Shown here one piece after another: positions 37,313 through 48,377 of a stretch of 64,000 nucleotides of DNA; within the stretch, counting starts at the first letter, position 1, and each line of letters opens with the position of its first letter. Where the stretch lies: assembly GCA_937996685.1 (NCBI GenBank), contig CALKUP010000016.1:18284-82283 (forward strand), given 5' to 3'. The notes below the pieces were generated by a model, which was not told where the DNA came from, did not search any database, and saw only the letters and a program-made list of their open reading frames with translations. The position numbers and the translations under genes were made by a program. The stretch is from an uncultured bacterium (GTDB taxonomy: Bacteria; Patescibacteriota; Patescibacteriia; UBA9570; XYC2-FULL-38-9).

Positions 37313-38508
37313 TTATTGGAATTGACGCTCGATTTTACGGCGGCGCACTCGCAAAAGGCTTGGGGCGTTACACAGAAGAGTTGATTGATCACTTGCTCGA
37401 TGCTGATACAACGAATCGCTATGTCTTTTTCATGCAACCAGAAGGCGTTGCATTGTGGAATACGAAAATTGCGCAGCGTCCAGATGTTGCGCAGCGTGTT
37501 GAGATTGTCCTTGCTCCGTATCGCTGGTACACACTGAAAGAACAAATCGAAATGCCAAAGTTGTTTCGAAAACATGCCGTTGATTTGATGCATTTCCCGC
37601 ATTTTAATGTTCCATTATTCTATCGACGTCCTTTTGTTGTCACGATTCATGATTTGATTATTTTGCATTTCCCAACAAAGCGCGCTTCAACGCTCGGTCC
37701 ATTGGTGTATGCCGTGAAGCAGTTTATGGCCAAACGAGTATTATCGCATGCAGCAAAAAACGCGGAGCATGTGATTACTGTGTCTGAGTTTTCGAAAAAA
37801 GATATTTGTCAGTATTTTCATATCCCGGAATCTCGCGTCTCTGTGACATATGAATCAGCGCATGAGTATTCTTTTGCAGGTGTTGATGTTGTTGAAACAG
37901 AAGAAGAGCAGCGCGCGCAAGATATTGCAGTGGCGCAACGATATGGGATTTCCGGATCATATGTGTTGTATGTCGGAAACGCCTACCCACATAAAAATGT
38001 CGAGCAGTTGATTACCGTTGCGCATATTGCAAAAGAACAGGCAAGAGACGATGTGCAATTTGTGCTGGTTGGAAAGAAGGATTATTTTTATGAGCGGATT
38101 GAAAAAATGATTCAAGAATATGGCGTTGAAGATTCTGTTCATATGGTTGGATATGTGCCGGATGAAGACTTGGGCGCGTTGTATCGGTGTGCGGCCGCGT
38201 ATATTTTTCCGTCGCTGTATGAAGGGTTTGGTTTACCTCCATTGGAAGCAATGCAATATGGAACGCCGGTGATTTGTTCAACGAGTTCATGCTTGCCGGA
38301 AATTGTCGGAGATGCGGCGTATCCTATTGATCCGAGCTCTCCATCTGGTATACTACAAGCGATTGAGGAGGTGTGTCATCGCGAAGATGTGCGTGATCAG
38401 TTGATTGCGAAAGGCTACGCGCGTTTGAAGCAATTTTCATGGAAACGGATGGCAATACAAACGCTTGATATTTACAATCAGTATGGACCAAAAACCAAAA
38501 AAAATTGA
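37309..38508 (+). CDS. glycosyltransferase family 4 (GT-B)
   Basis: ...FPSLYEGFGLPPLEAMQYGTPVICS... ATGA overlap with tgt. Confidence 0.8.
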   Translation: MIIGIDARFYGGALAKGLGRYTEELIDHLLDADTTNRYVFFMQPEGVALWNTKIAQRPDVAQRVEIVLAPYRWYTLKEQIEMPKLFRKHAVDLMHFPHFNVPLFYRRPFVVTIHDLIILHFPTKRASTLGPLVYAVKQFMAKRVLSHAAKNAEHVITVSEFSKKDICQYFHIPESRVSVTYESAHEYSFAGVDVVETEEEQRAQDIAVAQRYGISGSYVLYVGNAYPHKNVEQLITVAHIAKEQARDDVQFVLVGKKDYFYERIEKMIQEYGVEDSVHMVGYVPDEDLGALYRCAAAYIFPSLYEGFGLPPLEAMQYGTPVICSTSSCLPEIVGDAAYPIDPSSPSGILQAIEEVCHREDVRDQLIAKGYARLKQFSWKRMAIQTLDIYNQYGPKTKKN

Positions 38509-41026
38509 TTACATTCCAATAAAAAAACGCGGTTCGTATCAACAGCGCATCGAGTCTGTTTCTGAGCAACAATCATCTCGTGTTGTTGATTTGCGGAGTA
38601 TTCTCGCGAAAAAAGAAGCGCAGAAAAAACAAGAACAACGTGATTGGGAGGAAGCAAAAATTTCTAAAGAAACAACAACAGAGCGGATTGTTCGAGATGT
38701 GACGCAAGAGCCGAATATTATTGATTCATCGAGTCGCTTGTTTGTGAACACACGATCCGCAATGCGTGATGCACGTGCGCGATTGAGCGTTCGTGCGCAA
38801 AAGTTGCGTGCTCGAGTGCCAAAACGCACACCAAAGAACATGTCAAAAGAAGCGGAGGAATTAGAAGTGTCTGCTGTCGAGCCTGCTGATACAACGCAAC
38901 CGCAGTCGCCACGACAAAAAAAGCAGCGTGTCCTCGCAGTGCTTGCTATTGTGCGTCGTTTCCGAGCCGCAACATATGATCGATTATTATTGTTTGTAAA
39001 AAACCTAACGCAACCAGTGTCTCGTGCACTGAAAAATCATCTTGCGTCGCTCACTGAAGAGCAATACGCAACGGCAAAATCAATTGGTTCATTTCTTGGA
39101 GTGTTGTGTCTGGTGATGATTCCGTTGACCCTGGCATTGGTGTGGGGACAAGTGAATGCCAAGCAAGGGCAATTGACAGCGCAGTCTGAAGAGGCATTTT
39201 CTCATATTATCGCTGGTCAAAAAACAATGCAGTCTCTTGATTTTGAAAGTGCATCTAAAGAGTTTGGTCGCGGGAAAGCTGTTCTCGGATCTGTTGATGC
39301 GGAGCTCTCTGGAGTGAATCGTGTGTTGCTGTGGATTGGGCAGTGGATCCCAGGAAAAGGGCAGCAGGCCTATGCAGCGAGTCGCTTGGTGCGCGCGGGT
39401 GAGTTACTTGCAGGTTCCGCTGAGCAAGTATCTGCGCAAGCACAGTTAATTCAAACGATTCAACAACAAAGTCCTGATGAGTTATTGCCGACAATTAAAA
39501 CAGCTGCGGCTGATTTACAACCAGCGGCTGTCGATGTGCATGCGGCTCGAGAAATCATTGACTCGATTGATCCAAAAGATGTTCCAGAAGAAAAGCGTGA
39601 TCAATTTGCAACGATTCAACAACTGTTGCCAGTCGCAGACGATGTGTTCACACAAGGAATTCAAGTGACAGATGCCGTATTGAATTTATTAGGAGCGAGC
39701 GGTGAGCGGCGATATATTATCGTCTTTCAAAATAATCGTGAACTGAGACCAACGGGTGGTTTCATCGGCAGTCTCGCGATTGTAAAAGTGCAAGACGGGG
39801 TTATTACAGAATTCACAGCCCCTGGCGGTGGAGTGTATGACATTGCTGGTCAATTATCAGAATCAGTTATTTCACCGACACCTTTACATTTGGTGAACGC
39901 ATCATGGAATCTGCAAGATGCGAATTGGTTTCAATCATTTCCGGATAGTGCGAAAAAAGTACAATGGTTTTATGAACGCAGTAACGGCGCGACAGTGGAT
40001 GGCGTGATTGCAATTACACCAGATCTTCTTGAAAGTGTTATGACTGTCGTTGGCGAACTGTCAGTTGTTGATGATGATAAAACAGTCACGGTTGATGCGG
40101 ACAATATTTATTCTGTGTTACAGGCTCGTGACGACAGTGATACAAAAGAAGGTGCGAAGCCGAAAAAAATTATTGGAGAAATTACTCCACTCATTATGAA
40201 TCGGATGATTGCAGCAGTGCAAAATCCGTCTGATGCTGGAAAGTTGTTGCAAATTTTACAAAATGCGTTAAAGCAAAAAGATATCCTTTTGTCTGTAAAT
40301 GATGAGCAGGTGCAGCGCATTTTGTCAGCACAGAAATGGACCGGTGAAGTCTTGTCTGCGCCAAAAGATTACATGTATGTCAATCATGCAAATGTCGCTG
40401 GGGGAAAAACCGATCAAGTCATTGATGAGACAATTGAGCACACAGCAGATATTCAATCAGATGGCAGTATTATTGATACAGTAAAAATTACTCGATTTCA
40501 TTCTGGTGATCCTGCCAGTCCTTTGACGTCAGTAAAAAACAATAGTTACACACGTATTTCTGTGCCAAAGGGTAGTACAATTCTATCAGCAGTCGGATTT
40601 GATGCGCCAATTGCAAGTAGCTTTTTAACGCCAGCGCAAGACGCAAAACCTGACGAAGATCTCGAGCGGATTTCAGGAGAGACGTTGTTGAACGAACAAT
40701 TGCGTATTTCAACGAATGAAGAATATGACAAGTTAGTGATTGGCGGTTGGATGATTACCGGAGTTGGCGAGAGTTCAACGGTGACGTTGCAATATCGTTT
40801 GCCGTTCAAAATTTCTGGTGGAACCTGGCTCCATCCAACGGATCAGTATCAATTGCTTGTGCAAAAACAACCAGGGTTGCGTGATCCATATTTTGTGAGT
40901 ACAGTGCGGGCGTCTGATGCATTTCAAGTGGACTCGCTGCATGACAGCATTGGTGGTTCTGGTGAAAAATCAACCGTCGTGTTATCAACTGACTTCTCGC
41001 GAGATCTTGTTCTCCATAAAAAATAA
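38483..41026 (+). CDS. DUF4012-like large membrane-anchored extracytoplasmic protein
   Basis: N-terminal TM after a basic segment. Conserved ...IIVFQNNRELRPTGGFIGSLAIVKVQDG... motif characteristic of DUF4012. ATG at 38483 (the track start is a TTG). Confidence 0.6.
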   Translation: MDQKPKKIDYIPIKKRGSYQQRIESVSEQQSSRVVDLRSILAKKEAQKKQEQRDWEEAKISKETTTERIVRDVTQEPNIIDSSSRLFVNTRSAMRDARARLSVRAQKLRARVPKRTPKNMSKEAEELEVSAVEPADTTQPQSPRQKKQRVLAVLAIVRRFRAATYDRLLLFVKNLTQPVSRALKNHLASLTEEQYATAKSIGSFLGVLCLVMIPLTLALVWGQVNAKQGQLTAQSEEAFSHIIAGQKTMQSLDFESASKEFGRGKAVLGSVDAELSGVNRVLLWIGQWIPGKGQQAYAASRLVRAGELLAGSAEQVSAQAQLIQTIQQQSPDELLPTIKTAAADLQPAAVDVHAAREIIDSIDPKDVPEEKRDQFATIQQLLPVADDVFTQGIQVTDAVLNLLGASGERRYIIVFQNNRELRPTGGFIGSLAIVKVQDGVITEFTAPGGGVYDIAGQLSESVISPTPLHLVNASWNLQDANWFQSFPDSAKKVQWFYERSNGATVDGVIAITPDLLESVMTVVGELSVVDDDKTVTVDADNIYSVLQARDDSDTKEGAKPKKIIGEITPLIMNRMIAAVQNPSDAGKLLQILQNALKQKDILLSVNDEQVQRILSAQKWTGEVLSAPKDYMYVNHANVAGGKTDQVIDETIEHTADIQSDGSIIDTVKITRFHSGDPASPLTSVKNNSYTRISVPKGSTILSAVGFDAPIASSFLTPAQDAKPDEDLERISGETLLNEQLRISTNEEYDKLVIGGWMITGVGESSTVTLQYRLPFKISGGTWLHPTDQYQLLVQKQPGLRDPYFVSTVRASDAFQVDSLHDSIGGSGEKSTVVLSTDFSRDLVLHKK

Positions 41027-41028
41027 GT

Positions 41029-42636
41029 ATGAATATTCGGATTCGAAATTGGATTGCGCAGTTTGAGCGCACGGTTGCCGGTGGTGCGGTTATCCTCGGC
41101 GCGGCTTCGTTCGTGAGTCGTGTCTTGGGTTTGTTGCGTGATCGTCTGTTGTCCGCAAAATATGGTGTCAGTCCAATTTTAGATGCCTATTTTCATGCGT
41201 TTAAAATACCAGATTTTTTGTTTAACATTCTTGTGCTTGGAGTAATGTCAGCGGCATTTGTTCCGGTTATTATTGAAGCACGTGAAAAAAAAGGCCAAGC
41301 AGAAGTGAACAGGGTCGCAAGTAGTGTTTTGACTATTTTGCTCATCGTGTTGTCCGCGCTCGCGGCTCTATGTATTGTTTTTGCGCCGCAGATTGCGCGG
41401 TTGATTGCAAGTGGGGATACAGTTGAAAATACGCAGTTAATGGTATCGTTCATGCGGCCGATGTTGTTGGCTGTTATCTTTTTTTCTGTGAGTAATGTGA
41501 TGGCAGGGTTATTGCACGCGCAAAAACATTTCGTTGTGTATGCGCTCGCGCCGTTGTTGTATAATATTGGTATTATCGTTGGCATTGTGTGGCTTGTGCC
41601 GATATTTGGAAATGTTGGTTTAGGATACGGCGTGTTGCTTGGAGCGTCGTTGCACGCGCTTGTGCAAATCCCAACAGCCTTACGGTATGGGTTTCGCTAT
41701 CGCTTACAACTTGGGTTATCAAATCCATTTGTCCGTTCTATTTTTGCGCAAGCTCCGTCTCGCGCTTTTGCGCTCGGCATGACACAGTTAAATATTTTAA
41801 TTCTATTTAGTATTGCAGCGCGCGCAGGCCATGATGCACGTTCAACATTTCAGTTTGCTGACAATATCCAACATTTTCCAATTAATATTTTCGGGGTGTC
41901 ACTCGCACTTGCGGCCTTCCCAGTTTTTTCGGAAGCATTTGCGTCTGGGAATGTGAAGAAATTCAAAGAAGCGTTTTCTAATAGTGTTCGGCGCATTATT
42001 TTTTTCTTAATTCCAATTTCAATCGCGACAATTTTATTGCGTGCGCAAATCGTTCGCATTGTCTATGGTTCCGGCGCGTTTGATTGGGTAGCAACAATTG
42101 CAGTCGCGCAGCTGCTTGGAATTTTTGCGTTGTCACTGACTGCTCAAGCGCTCATTCCGATTTTGGCACGCAGTTATTTTGCAAAACAAGATACTCGCAC
42201 ACCTGTGGTGATTACTGTGTTTTGCGTCGGGTTGAATGCGGCAACGGCGTGGTTTTTGGCGCCTCTCTGGGGAATTTACGGTATCGGTATCGCGTATTCA
42301 TTTTCCGCGATTGTTCAGATGGCTCTGTTGTTCCTCGGGTTGCGGATGCGCTTTGGTGATTTGGATGACCGACATATTGCTGTTTCAACTGGAAAGATTA
42401 TTGTTGCGTCACTCGGAATGGGGCTGGTTGTGCAAGGTTTAAAATATGCGGTATTTCCATATGTTGATATGCAAACATTTGTTGGGGTATTTACGCAAAC
42501 AGCTGCGGCCTCACTTGGCGGCGCGTTTGTCTATCTCCAAATTGCTCGATGGTTCGCCTTTGATGAAGCAATGCATATTCATCGAAAAATGCGAGAAACA
42601 CATAAAGCCGTGAAGCGGATTGTTGTTGGAAAATAG
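41029..42636 (+). CDS. murJ: lipid II flippase MurJ (MviN)
   Basis: ...LGLLRDRLLSAKYGVSPILDAYFHAFKIPDFLFNIL..., ~14 TM. Confidence 0.85.
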   Translation: MNIRIRNWIAQFERTVAGGAVILGAASFVSRVLGLLRDRLLSAKYGVSPILDAYFHAFKIPDFLFNILVLGVMSAAFVPVIIEAREKKGQAEVNRVASSVLTILLIVLSALAALCIVFAPQIARLIASGDTVENTQLMVSFMRPMLLAVIFFSVSNVMAGLLHAQKHFVVYALAPLLYNIGIIVGIVWLVPIFGNVGLGYGVLLGASLHALVQIPTALRYGFRYRLQLGLSNPFVRSIFAQAPSRAFALGMTQLNILILFSIAARAGHDARSTFQFADNIQHFPINIFGVSLALAAFPVFSEAFASGNVKKFKEAFSNSVRRIIFFLIPISIATILLRAQIVRIVYGSGAFDWVATIAVAQLLGIFALSLTAQALIPILARSYFAKQDTRTPVVITVFCVGLNAATAWFLAPLWGIYGIGIAYSFSAIVQMALLFLGLRMRFGDLDDRHIAVSTGKIIVASLGMGLVVQGLKYAVFPYVDMQTFVGVFTQTAAASLGGAFVYLQIARWFAFDEAMHIHRKMRETHKAVKRIVVGK

Positions 42637-42679
42637 TGCTTCTTGCGTGAAGCACAAACTTTCTGTAGGATAGCTGAAC

Positions 42680-44479
42680 ATGACACCACAAGAAAAAATT
42701 CGAAATTTCTGCATTATTGCACATATTGACCACGGTAAATCAACCCTCGCTGATCGTATTTTGGAATTGACGCATGCTGTCCAGCAACGTGATATGCAAG
42801 CCCAGCTATTAGATTCGATGGATCTTGAGCGTGAACGGGGAATCACCATCAAGTTGCAACCGGTTCGGATGAACTACACAAAAGATGGCACAGACTACGT
42901 GATTAACTTGATTGATACTCCGGGGCACGTTGATTTTACCTATGAAGTATCGCGTTCGTTGCAGGCGTGTGAAGGTGCGATTTTGGTGGTTGACGCATCA
43001 CAAGGCATTCAAGCGCAAACGCTCGCAAATTTGTATTTGGCGATGGAGCAAGATTTAGAGATTATTCCGGTGATTAATAAAATTGATTTACCAGCTGCTG
43101 ATGTTCCGCGCGTAACGCAAGAAATTGTAAATTTAATTGGTTGTACACCAGAAGACATTATTCCGGTATCCGCAAAAACAGGGCACAACGTACTTGCGAT
43201 TTTAGATGCGATTGTTGATCACGTCCCAGCTCCAAGTGGTGATGCTTCTGCAAATCCACGCGCGCTGATTTTTGATTCCGTGTTTGATGATTATCGTGGT
43301 GTGATTACCTATATCCGCGTTATTGATGGTTCAATCAAAAAAGGGGATGAAATTCATTTAATGGGAAAGAAAACCGAATCACTTGCACTTGAAGTTGGGT
43401 ATTTTCGTCCAAAATTCGAAGAAGCGCCGCAGCTGAATGCTGGTGAGATTGGATATATTGTCACAGGTTTTAAGGGGGTTGAAGATGCGCGGGTTGGTGA
43501 TACTATCACGCTGAAAAAAACAAAAGCCGCAGAAGCATTGCCAGGATACAAAGAAGTGCGCCCGATGGTGTACGCAGGTGTGTATGCGAAAGATTCCAGT
43601 AAATATCCGCTGCTTCGTGAAGCTATGGGCAAGCTGAAATTAAATGATGCTGCACTGGTGTATGAGCCAGAAAATTCCGTCGCTCTTGGGTTTGGTTTCC
43701 GTTGCGGTTTTTTGGGTATGTTGCATTTGGATATTATTAGCGAACGCTTGCATCGTGAATTTGATTTGGACTTAATTGTGACAACGCCGTCAGTTGCGTA
43801 CAAGGTTTTCACAACCCAAAACGAAGAAATTATTGTCAGCTCACCGCTTGATTTACCGGATCCAACACATATTGAACATATTGAAGAACCTGTCATGGCG
43901 GTGGACATCATCACTCCTTCAGAATATATTGGTGCCATTATGCAATTGGTGATGGAAAAACGCGGAAAACCAACAGCACAAGAACTTGAATATCTTGATC
44001 AAGAGCGTGTGATGCTGCATTACTACATCCCACTTGCTGGTATTGTTGTGGACTTTTACGATAAATTAAAAACAGTCAGTTCTGGATATGCGACGCTCAA
44101 TTACGAGTTCCATCATTATGAAGCAGCGCAGATTGTCCGAATGGATATTTTGGTTGCAGAAGAGCCGGTTGGACCACTTGCATCAATGGTTTATCAAGAT
44201 GATGCACAGCGGGTTGGTCGATTAGTTGTGAAATCGCTGAAGGATGTCTTGCCTCGCCAAATGTTCGACGTCAAAATTCAAGCGGCAATTGGTGTAAAAG
44301 TCATCGCGAGTGAAAAAATTCCTGCAATGCGAAAAGATGTGACCGCAAAATTATATGGTGGTGATGTTTCCCGAAAGCGGAAGTTGTTGGAAAAACAGAA
44401 AAAAGGTAAAAAACGAATGAAGTCAATTGGAAAAGTGGATATCCCACAAGATGCATTTTTGGCTATTTTAAAGCGATAA
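42680..44479 (+). CDS. lepA: elongation factor 4 (LepA)
   Basis: IRNFCIIAHIDHGKSTLADRIL... Confidence 0.9.
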   Translation: MTPQEKIRNFCIIAHIDHGKSTLADRILELTHAVQQRDMQAQLLDSMDLERERGITIKLQPVRMNYTKDGTDYVINLIDTPGHVDFTYEVSRSLQACEGAILVVDASQGIQAQTLANLYLAMEQDLEIIPVINKIDLPAADVPRVTQEIVNLIGCTPEDIIPVSAKTGHNVLAILDAIVDHVPAPSGDASANPRALIFDSVFDDYRGVITYIRVIDGSIKKGDEIHLMGKKTESLALEVGYFRPKFEEAPQLNAGEIGYIVTGFKGVEDARVGDTITLKKTKAAEALPGYKEVRPMVYAGVYAKDSSKYPLLREAMGKLKLNDAALVYEPENSVALGFGFRCGFLGMLHLDIISERLHREFDLDLIVTTPSVAYKVFTTQNEEIIVSSPLDLPDPTHIEHIEEPVMAVDIITPSEYIGAIMQLVMEKRGKPTAQELEYLDQERVMLHYYIPLAGIVVDFYDKLKTVSSGYATLNYEFHHYEAAQIVRMDILVAEEPVGPLASMVYQDDAQRVGRLVVKSLKDVLPRQMFDVKIQAAIGVKVIASEKIPAMRKDVTAKLYGGDVSRKRKLLEKQKKGKKRMKSIGKVDIPQDAFLAILKR

Positions 44480-44583
44480 ATACAGCTATCCACACCTGAC
44501 CTTGACGGGAAAAATGAATAAGAGTACTCTGTCACCGCTTTCAAGAGCGATTTTCGAATATTAGCGAAATTCTTGAAGACAGA

Positions 44584-44643
44584 AAGGCAATCTCGATGGT
44601 TTGCGACTCCTCCTCAGCATTCCATCTCGAGGTTGCCTTTTTG
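44584..44643 (+). terminator. intrinsic terminator after lepA
   Basis: AAGGCAATCTCGATGG...CCATCTCGAGGTTGCCTTTTTG. A TTATAATA -10-like box follows, before ftsW. Confidence 0.6.
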
Positions 44644-44659
44644 TGTTATAATAAACGCT

Positions 44660-45955
44660 ATGCGAACCCCAAAAGATCAAGACAACGAATTGCCAATGAA
44701 AGGCAAAAATCGTGTACTACGAAAAGGTTTTTCTGATGCAGAGCCGGTACGTCGTGGTAGTGTACTTAAAAATCCAAAATTGTCTGCAACAACAGATTCT
44801 TTATGGAGTCGTTTTTCTGGTCGGGTGTTTGATTTAATGAAGGGGGATTCAGAGCCTGGACATGCAGATTCAACGCTGCTCGCAATTTTGATTTTCTTGA
44901 TATTGTTTGGTTTGGTGGTCTTAGCGTCTGCCGGGTCTGTGAAGTCATACAATGATTTTGATGATCCGTACTATTTGATTAAGCATCAAGTATTGAATGG
45001 ATTACTGATCGGCGGTGTGGCGTTTTATATCATGAGTCACATTGATTACCACTATTGGAGAAAATATGCGTTTCCAATCGCGGTATTTACATTGATTTTG
45101 TTGTTCGCGGTATTTATTCCAGGTCTGGGAGAAGCGCGACTTGGTGCGAAGCGATGGATTGCGATTGGTGGATTTGATTTTCAGCCATCAGAAATCGTAA
45201 AGATGACCTTTTTGATTTATTTGGCCGCGTGGCTTGAGAAACACGGCAAACGGATTCATGATCCAGCCTATGGATTAATGTCTTTTGTCGTGATGATGCT
45301 CTCTCTTGTGCTGTTGATTGCGGTTGGACAAAAAGATTTAGGAACCATGATTGTCATCGGTGTGATTGCAGTCGTCGTGTATTTTGTTGGTGGTGCTCCA
45401 GTGAAAGATTTATTGATGATCGGCGGCGGCTCTATTGTTGGCTTTTTGTTTTTAGTGCTCATTCCAGCATTTCGATATCGCCTTGATCGTATCTTGGTAT
45501 TTTTTAATCATGACTCTGTTGATAAGCTTGGAACTGGTTTACACGTTCACCAAGCCTTGATCGCAATCGGTTCTGGTGGCTTTTTTGGCTTAGGATATGG
45601 TCACTCGTTGCAAAAATACAACTACTTGCCAGAAGTGCATACGGATTCTATTTTCGCAATTATTAGCGAAGAGCTTGGTTTCTTTTTTGCGTTTGGGATT
45701 GTCGTGCTCTTTACATTGTTTACAGTTCGGGCGCTTAAGATTGCAAAAAACGCTCCAGACGAATTTGGGAAACTGCTTGCTGTCGGGATTGCAACATGGA
45801 TTGGATTTCAAGCAGTGGTGAATATCGGCGCAATGTTGTCGCTCTTGCCATTGACCGGCATCCCGCTTCCATTTATTAGTTATGGTAGTTCTGCGATGAT
45901 TACATTACTTGCTGCGGTTGGTGTGTTAGTCAATATTTCAAGACAAACGAAATAA
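44660..45955 (+). CDS. ftsW: SEDS-family peptidoglycan glycosyltransferase FtsW/RodA
   Basis: ATG at 44660 downstream of the lepA terminator (the track start at 44573 lies inside the terminator). Multi-TM with ...GAKRWI.IGGFDFQPSE..K... Confidence 0.75.
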   Translation: MRTPKDQDNELPMKGKNRVLRKGFSDAEPVRRGSVLKNPKLSATTDSLWSRFSGRVFDLMKGDSEPGHADSTLLAILIFLILFGLVVLASAGSVKSYNDFDDPYYLIKHQVLNGLLIGGVAFYIMSHIDYHYWRKYAFPIAVFTLILLFAVFIPGLGEARLGAKRWIAIGGFDFQPSEIVKMTFLIYLAAWLEKHGKRIHDPAYGLMSFVVMMLSLVLLIAVGQKDLGTMIVIGVIAVVVYFVGGAPVKDLLMIGGGSIVGFLFLVLIPAFRYRLDRILVFFNHDSVDKLGTGLHVHQALIAIGSGGFFGLGYGHSLQKYNYLPEVHTDSIFAIISEELGFFFAFGIVVLFTLFTVRALKIAKNAPDEFGKLLAVGIATWIGFQAVVNIGAMLSLLPLTGIPLPFISYGSSAMITLLAAVGVLVNISRQTK

Positions 45956-45957
45956 TT

Positions 45958-47013
45958 ATGAAGATACTTTTTGCTGCCGGAGGAACAATGGGTTCAGTGA
46001 CGCCGCTCCTGGCTGTGACGCCTGAGTTGCAACAGCGCGGTCACAATATTCTGTTTGTCGGAACAACGTTTGGTCCAGAACAAGCCGTGATTGAAAAGGC
46101 AGGCTTGTCATTTATTGCAATTCCATCAACAAAGCTCCGTCGGTATATGACATGGCGGCATCTATTAGTTCCATTTGAGTTTGCGTTTGCGCTGTCGAAA
46201 TCATTGCAGGTGTTGCGAGCGGAGAAACCAGATGTGATTGTGAGTGCAGGAAGTTTTGTGGCAGTCCCATTGATCTGGGTGGCGCGTTTGCGTGGTATTC
46301 CGGTATTGCTGCATCAACAAGATGTTGTGCCAACCTTGAGTAATGTGTTGTGTGCTCGTGGGGCGCGTCAGATCACGACGGTTTTTGAAGAATCTGTGAA
46401 AGACTTTGCGCGATATCAATCTGCTGAGCGCTCTGTTACTTGGATTGGAAATCCGGTTCGTGATTTGTCTGTAACAACAGACACAATCCGTCCATTGCTT
46501 GATCCACAGATTCCGACAGTCTTTATCGTCGGAGGCGGAACGGGAGCTACTGGCTTAAATGCATTGGTCTCAGAGCGTTTGTGTGATATCGCAAACGTGA
46601 TTCACATGACCGGAAAAAATAAAACAGGTCCAGCAATGCAGCATGCGCGATATCATGCGTTTGAATTTTTGGTTGATGAATATATGGAATGTCTTGCGTT
46701 GGCGGACGTTGTTGTGTCTCGTGCAGGCATCGGAAGTATCACTGAGCTGGCTGCGTGTGGTAAAGCGACTGTCCTTGTTCCGATGCCGCATTCACACCAA
46801 GAGCAAAATGCCGCGTTGGTAGCGCGCCACAAGGCAGCTCTTGTGTTGAAGCAAGCTGATTTGACTCCAGACAGTTTTGCCGGCACACTACAGAATCTCA
46901 TCGCGGATGAGGCTGCTCGGCAAGCGTTATCAGATGCAATGCGTCGTTTATTACCGACGAATGCAAATGCTGCCTTTATTGATAGTATTGAATCATATGA
47001 CAACAATCAGTAG
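45958..47013 (+). CDS. murG: UDP-N-acetylglucosamine--N-acetylmuramyl-(pentapeptide) pyrophosphoryl-undecaprenol GlcNAc transferase
   Basis: MKILFAAGGTMGSVTPLLAV... GT28 fold. Confidence 0.85.
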   Translation: MKILFAAGGTMGSVTPLLAVTPELQQRGHNILFVGTTFGPEQAVIEKAGLSFIAIPSTKLRRYMTWRHLLVPFEFAFALSKSLQVLRAEKPDVIVSAGSFVAVPLIWVARLRGIPVLLHQQDVVPTLSNVLCARGARQITTVFEESVKDFARYQSAERSVTWIGNPVRDLSVTTDTIRPLLDPQIPTVFIVGGGTGATGLNALVSERLCDIANVIHMTGKNKTGPAMQHARYHAFEFLVDEYMECLALADVVVSRAGIGSITELAACGKATVLVPMPHSHQEQNAALVARHKAALVLKQADLTPDSFAGTLQNLIADEAARQALSDAMRRLLPTNANAAFIDSIESYDNNQ

Positions 47014-48370
47014 CGCAAAAAAAATCTATATTGTTGGGATTGGTGGTATTGGAACATCTGCTTTGGCGCAATTGCTTGCTGCTGACGGTGCGCGTGTGGT
47101 CGGCGAAGATATTGCTCAGAGTCCTGTCACAGAGATGTTAACATCGCACGGCATTGATGTGTGGTTTGAAACAAATCCATTAGCTATTGCCGAGGTTGAT
47201 GTTTTGATACACAGCAGCGCAGTGCCGCATGATCATCCGTCTCGGGCATTTGCGCGTGAAAATGGGATTCCGGAGTATACTTACTTTGAAGCTCTTGGGC
47301 AGTACGCACGTCAGTTTGAACATGTGATTGCAGTGTCCGGAACACACGGAAAAACAACAACGACAGCCTTGATTGCAAATCTCCTTGTTGATGCCGGTCT
47401 GAATCCAACAGCGGTGGTTGGCAGTATTGTGAAAGAATTTGGCAATCAAAATAGTCGTCATGGAAGCGCTGATAAAAAATATTTTGTTGTGGAAGCCTGT
47501 GAGCATGAAGCGCATTTCTTATTGTTGCGTCCGACAATGGCGGTGATTACGAATATTGAAGCAGATCATTTAGATTATTATCGTGACCTTGATCACATTG
47601 TGGAAACCTTTCAGACATTTGTGAATGCGTTGCCTGAAAACGATGCAGCGCGTTTGATTGTGAATGCTGATGATTCACGAGCGCGATCTTTGACAACCCA
47701 TGCTCGGCGGGTGACATACGGCATTGAACAAGTGGCGGATATTCAGGCGCTTGATGTTGGAAACGAAGCTGGTCGGCAGTTTTTCACGGTTGCAAATCAT
47801 GCCTATACATTGCATGTGCCGGGCGCGTTTAATGTTAGTAATAGTCTCGCTGCAATTGCCCTTGGCACAGAGCTTGGGATTGCATATGAGGTTATGGAAC
47901 GGAGCTTGTCAGCATTTCACGGAACCTGGCGGCGGTTTGAGCGAGTTGGTGAGTTTCATGATGCTGTAGTTATTTCGGATTACGCTCATCATCCAACCGC
48001 AGTACGGGCAACAATTCGAGCGGCAAAAGAATTTTTCCCAGGCAAACGTATTGTGGCGGTGTTTCAGCCACACCAACGAGCTCGAACAAAAGAGTTGTTC
48101 ACTGAATTCACGCAGTCTTTTATTGAGGCGGACGTTGTGATTATTCAAGAGGTCTATGATGTTGCAGGACGCGAAGAGTCGCAATACGCGGATATCTCAT
48201 CGCAGCATATGATTGACGCATTAAAAGACGCAGAAGGGCAGGTTGCATTGTTTACAAAAACAGCCGCAGACACAAAGCAGGAGCTTGAAAACATTGTTGA
48301 TTCGAATGATATTGTGTTAGTAATGGGAGCTGGTGATATTTATACACTCGCAACAACGCTCGTAAAATAA
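46997..48370 (+). CDS. murC: UDP-N-acetylmuramate--L-alanine ligase
   Basis: In-frame ATG at 46997 (MTTISSAKKIYIVGIGGIGTSALAQLL...) overlapping the murG end. ...VSGTHGKTTTTALIAN... Confidence 0.85.
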   Translation: MTTISSAKKIYIVGIGGIGTSALAQLLAADGARVVGEDIAQSPVTEMLTSHGIDVWFETNPLAIAEVDVLIHSSAVPHDHPSRAFARENGIPEYTYFEALGQYARQFEHVIAVSGTHGKTTTTALIANLLVDAGLNPTAVVGSIVKEFGNQNSRHGSADKKYFVVEACEHEAHFLLLRPTMAVITNIEADHLDYYRDLDHIVETFQTFVNALPENDAARLIVNADDSRARSLTTHARRVTYGIEQVADIQALDVGNEAGRQFFTVANHAYTLHVPGAFNVSNSLAAIALGTELGIAYEVMERSLSAFHGTWRRFERVGEFHDAVVISDYAHHPTAVRATIRAAKEFFPGKRIVAVFQPHQRARTKELFTEFTQSFIEADVVIIQEVYDVAGREESQYADISSQHMIDALKDAEGQVALFTKTAADTKQELENIVDSNDIVLVMGAGDIYTLATTLVK

Positions 48371-48377
48371 TATCCAT

